A stretch of DNA of 63,110 nt, the filler included, from Hyphochytrium catenoides (lineage: Eukaryota > Protista > Hyphochytriomycota), in NCBI GenBank assembly GCA_900088475.1. It is 11 parts of 11 records of this genome, joined end to end, with 100 filler letters (N's around TTAATTAATTAA, not from the genome) between each part and the next. Parts side by side here need not be neighbours in the genome. Positions count along the whole stretch, not along the records: positions 62,045 to 63,110 come from FLMG01004227.1; 10 more parts are not named here. The stretch is one strand, 5' to 3'. The notes beneath the pieces are model-generated. The model did no database searches, had not been told where the DNA came from, and saw only the letters and a list, made by a program, of their open reading frames with translations. Position numbers and translations under genes: made by a program. Each line of letters opens with the position of its first letter. Positions within the stretch are counted from its first letter, which is position 1. Shown here one piece after another: positions 62,047-63,110 of the stretch.

Positions 62047-63110
62047 CTCTCCCCTTTCGGTGCTAGAGCCCTTGGCAGGAGAGGTGATATTCGCATCGAG
62101 AGTAATGCCGCTCGTCAGTTCCGCTGCCCCTCTCTCATAATTTGGATTGGGTGACGGAGAGACGGGACTGTCCTCGACGTGCCCAAAGTCGCCGAAGTCG
62201 TCAAGCTCCATCTCCGCAGCGACTACCTCTGTCTTCTCTTTTCTATCATTAACAGCCAAGAGGTCATGAGTCCCTCCAATGTTTGAAGCGTTTGGCTCTT
62301 GCTCCTCTGTTCCTTCCTTGCTTTCGATGCTAGAGCCGTTGGCAGGAGAGGTGACATTCGGATCGAGAGCAATGCCGCTCGTCAGTTCCGCTGCCCCTCT
62401 CTCATAGTTTGGATTGGGTGACGGAGAGATGGGACTGTCCTCAACGTGCCCAAAGTCGCCGAAGTCGTCATGCTCCATCTCCGCAGCGGGTACCTCTGTC
62501 TTCTCTTTTCTATCATTAGCACCCAAGAGGTCATGAGTCCCTTCAATGTTTAAAGCGTTTGGCTCTTGCCCCTCTGTTCCTTCCTTGCTTTCGGTGCTAG
62601 ATCCCTTGGCAGGAGAGGCGAGATTCGCATCGAGAGTAATGCCGCTCGTCAGTTCCGCTGCCCCTCTCTCATAATATGTACTGGGTGACGGAGAGATGGG
62701 ACTCTCCTCGACGTGCCCAAAGTCGCCGAAGTCGTCATGCTCCATCTCCTCAGCAGGTACCTCTGTCTTCTCTTCTCTATCATTAGCAGCCAAGAGGACA
62801 TGAGTTTCTTCAATGTTTAAAGCGTTTGGCTCTTGCTCCTCTGTTCCTTCATCGCACTGTAGCTCGTCCACGTCTCCCAGTTCCTGCACCGTTGTGTCTA
62901 CGGCCAATGAGATACCGCTAGAACCCACAATGTCTGCGTCCGCTGGCTCTGCATACTCCCCGGTCACTTCGACTTGTTCACCCATGATCTCGCGGGTATC
63001 ATGTCTCAATCCAGCTTCCTCTTCCTTGATAGACATACTTGGCTCCACCTCTAGTGCTTCTGAAATATTAGGTGTCTCTGCGGGTTGTTCAACGGGCTGT
63101 TCTTCTCTGC
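62047..63110 (-). CDS. Acidic tandem-repeat exon with DDFGDF adaptor-binding motifs (aftiphilin/gamma-synergin-like)
   Basis: Frame is open from the window end to a probable GT donor at 62046. Three 267-bp/89-aa repeats, each containing DDFGDFGHVE. Confidence 0.75.

Overview
This is eukaryotic nuclear DNA, not a continuous locus. Eleven unrelated scaffolds are joined by 100-nt artificial spacers (N44-TTAATTAATTAA-N44) at 1889, 9575, 15103, 27950, 32320, 37515, 43705, 48319, 49680 and 61945. Evidence for a eukaryote: GT-AG spliceosomal introns and a (TTAGGG)n telomere. The gene content suggests a flagellated protist, possibly a stramenopile (inference only). Most ORFs in the supplied track are artefacts of (GA/CT)n microsatellites. 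Genes recognised by manual splicing and remembered family motifs (no database search was run): a tail-anchored TPR co-chaperone, an NmrA-like SDR, a MAP10-like protein, NAD-dependent methylene-THF dehydrogenase (MTD1 type), a Shisa-like membrane protein, RPAP1, a TDRD3-like protein, topoisomerase III beta, INPP4, GCP6, a SelS-like protein, a calcineurin-like phosphoesterase, a LOR/tubby-C protein and an acidic DDFGDF-repeat protein. Several Ty1/Copia remnants are present, including one with an internally deleted LTR element nested at its RT active site. Two observations stand out. TOP3B sits head-to-head (~800 bp) with a gene resembling its physical partner TDRD3. GCP6 carries nine repeats, five of which resemble SPIRAL1/Jupiter PGG microtubule-binding motifs.
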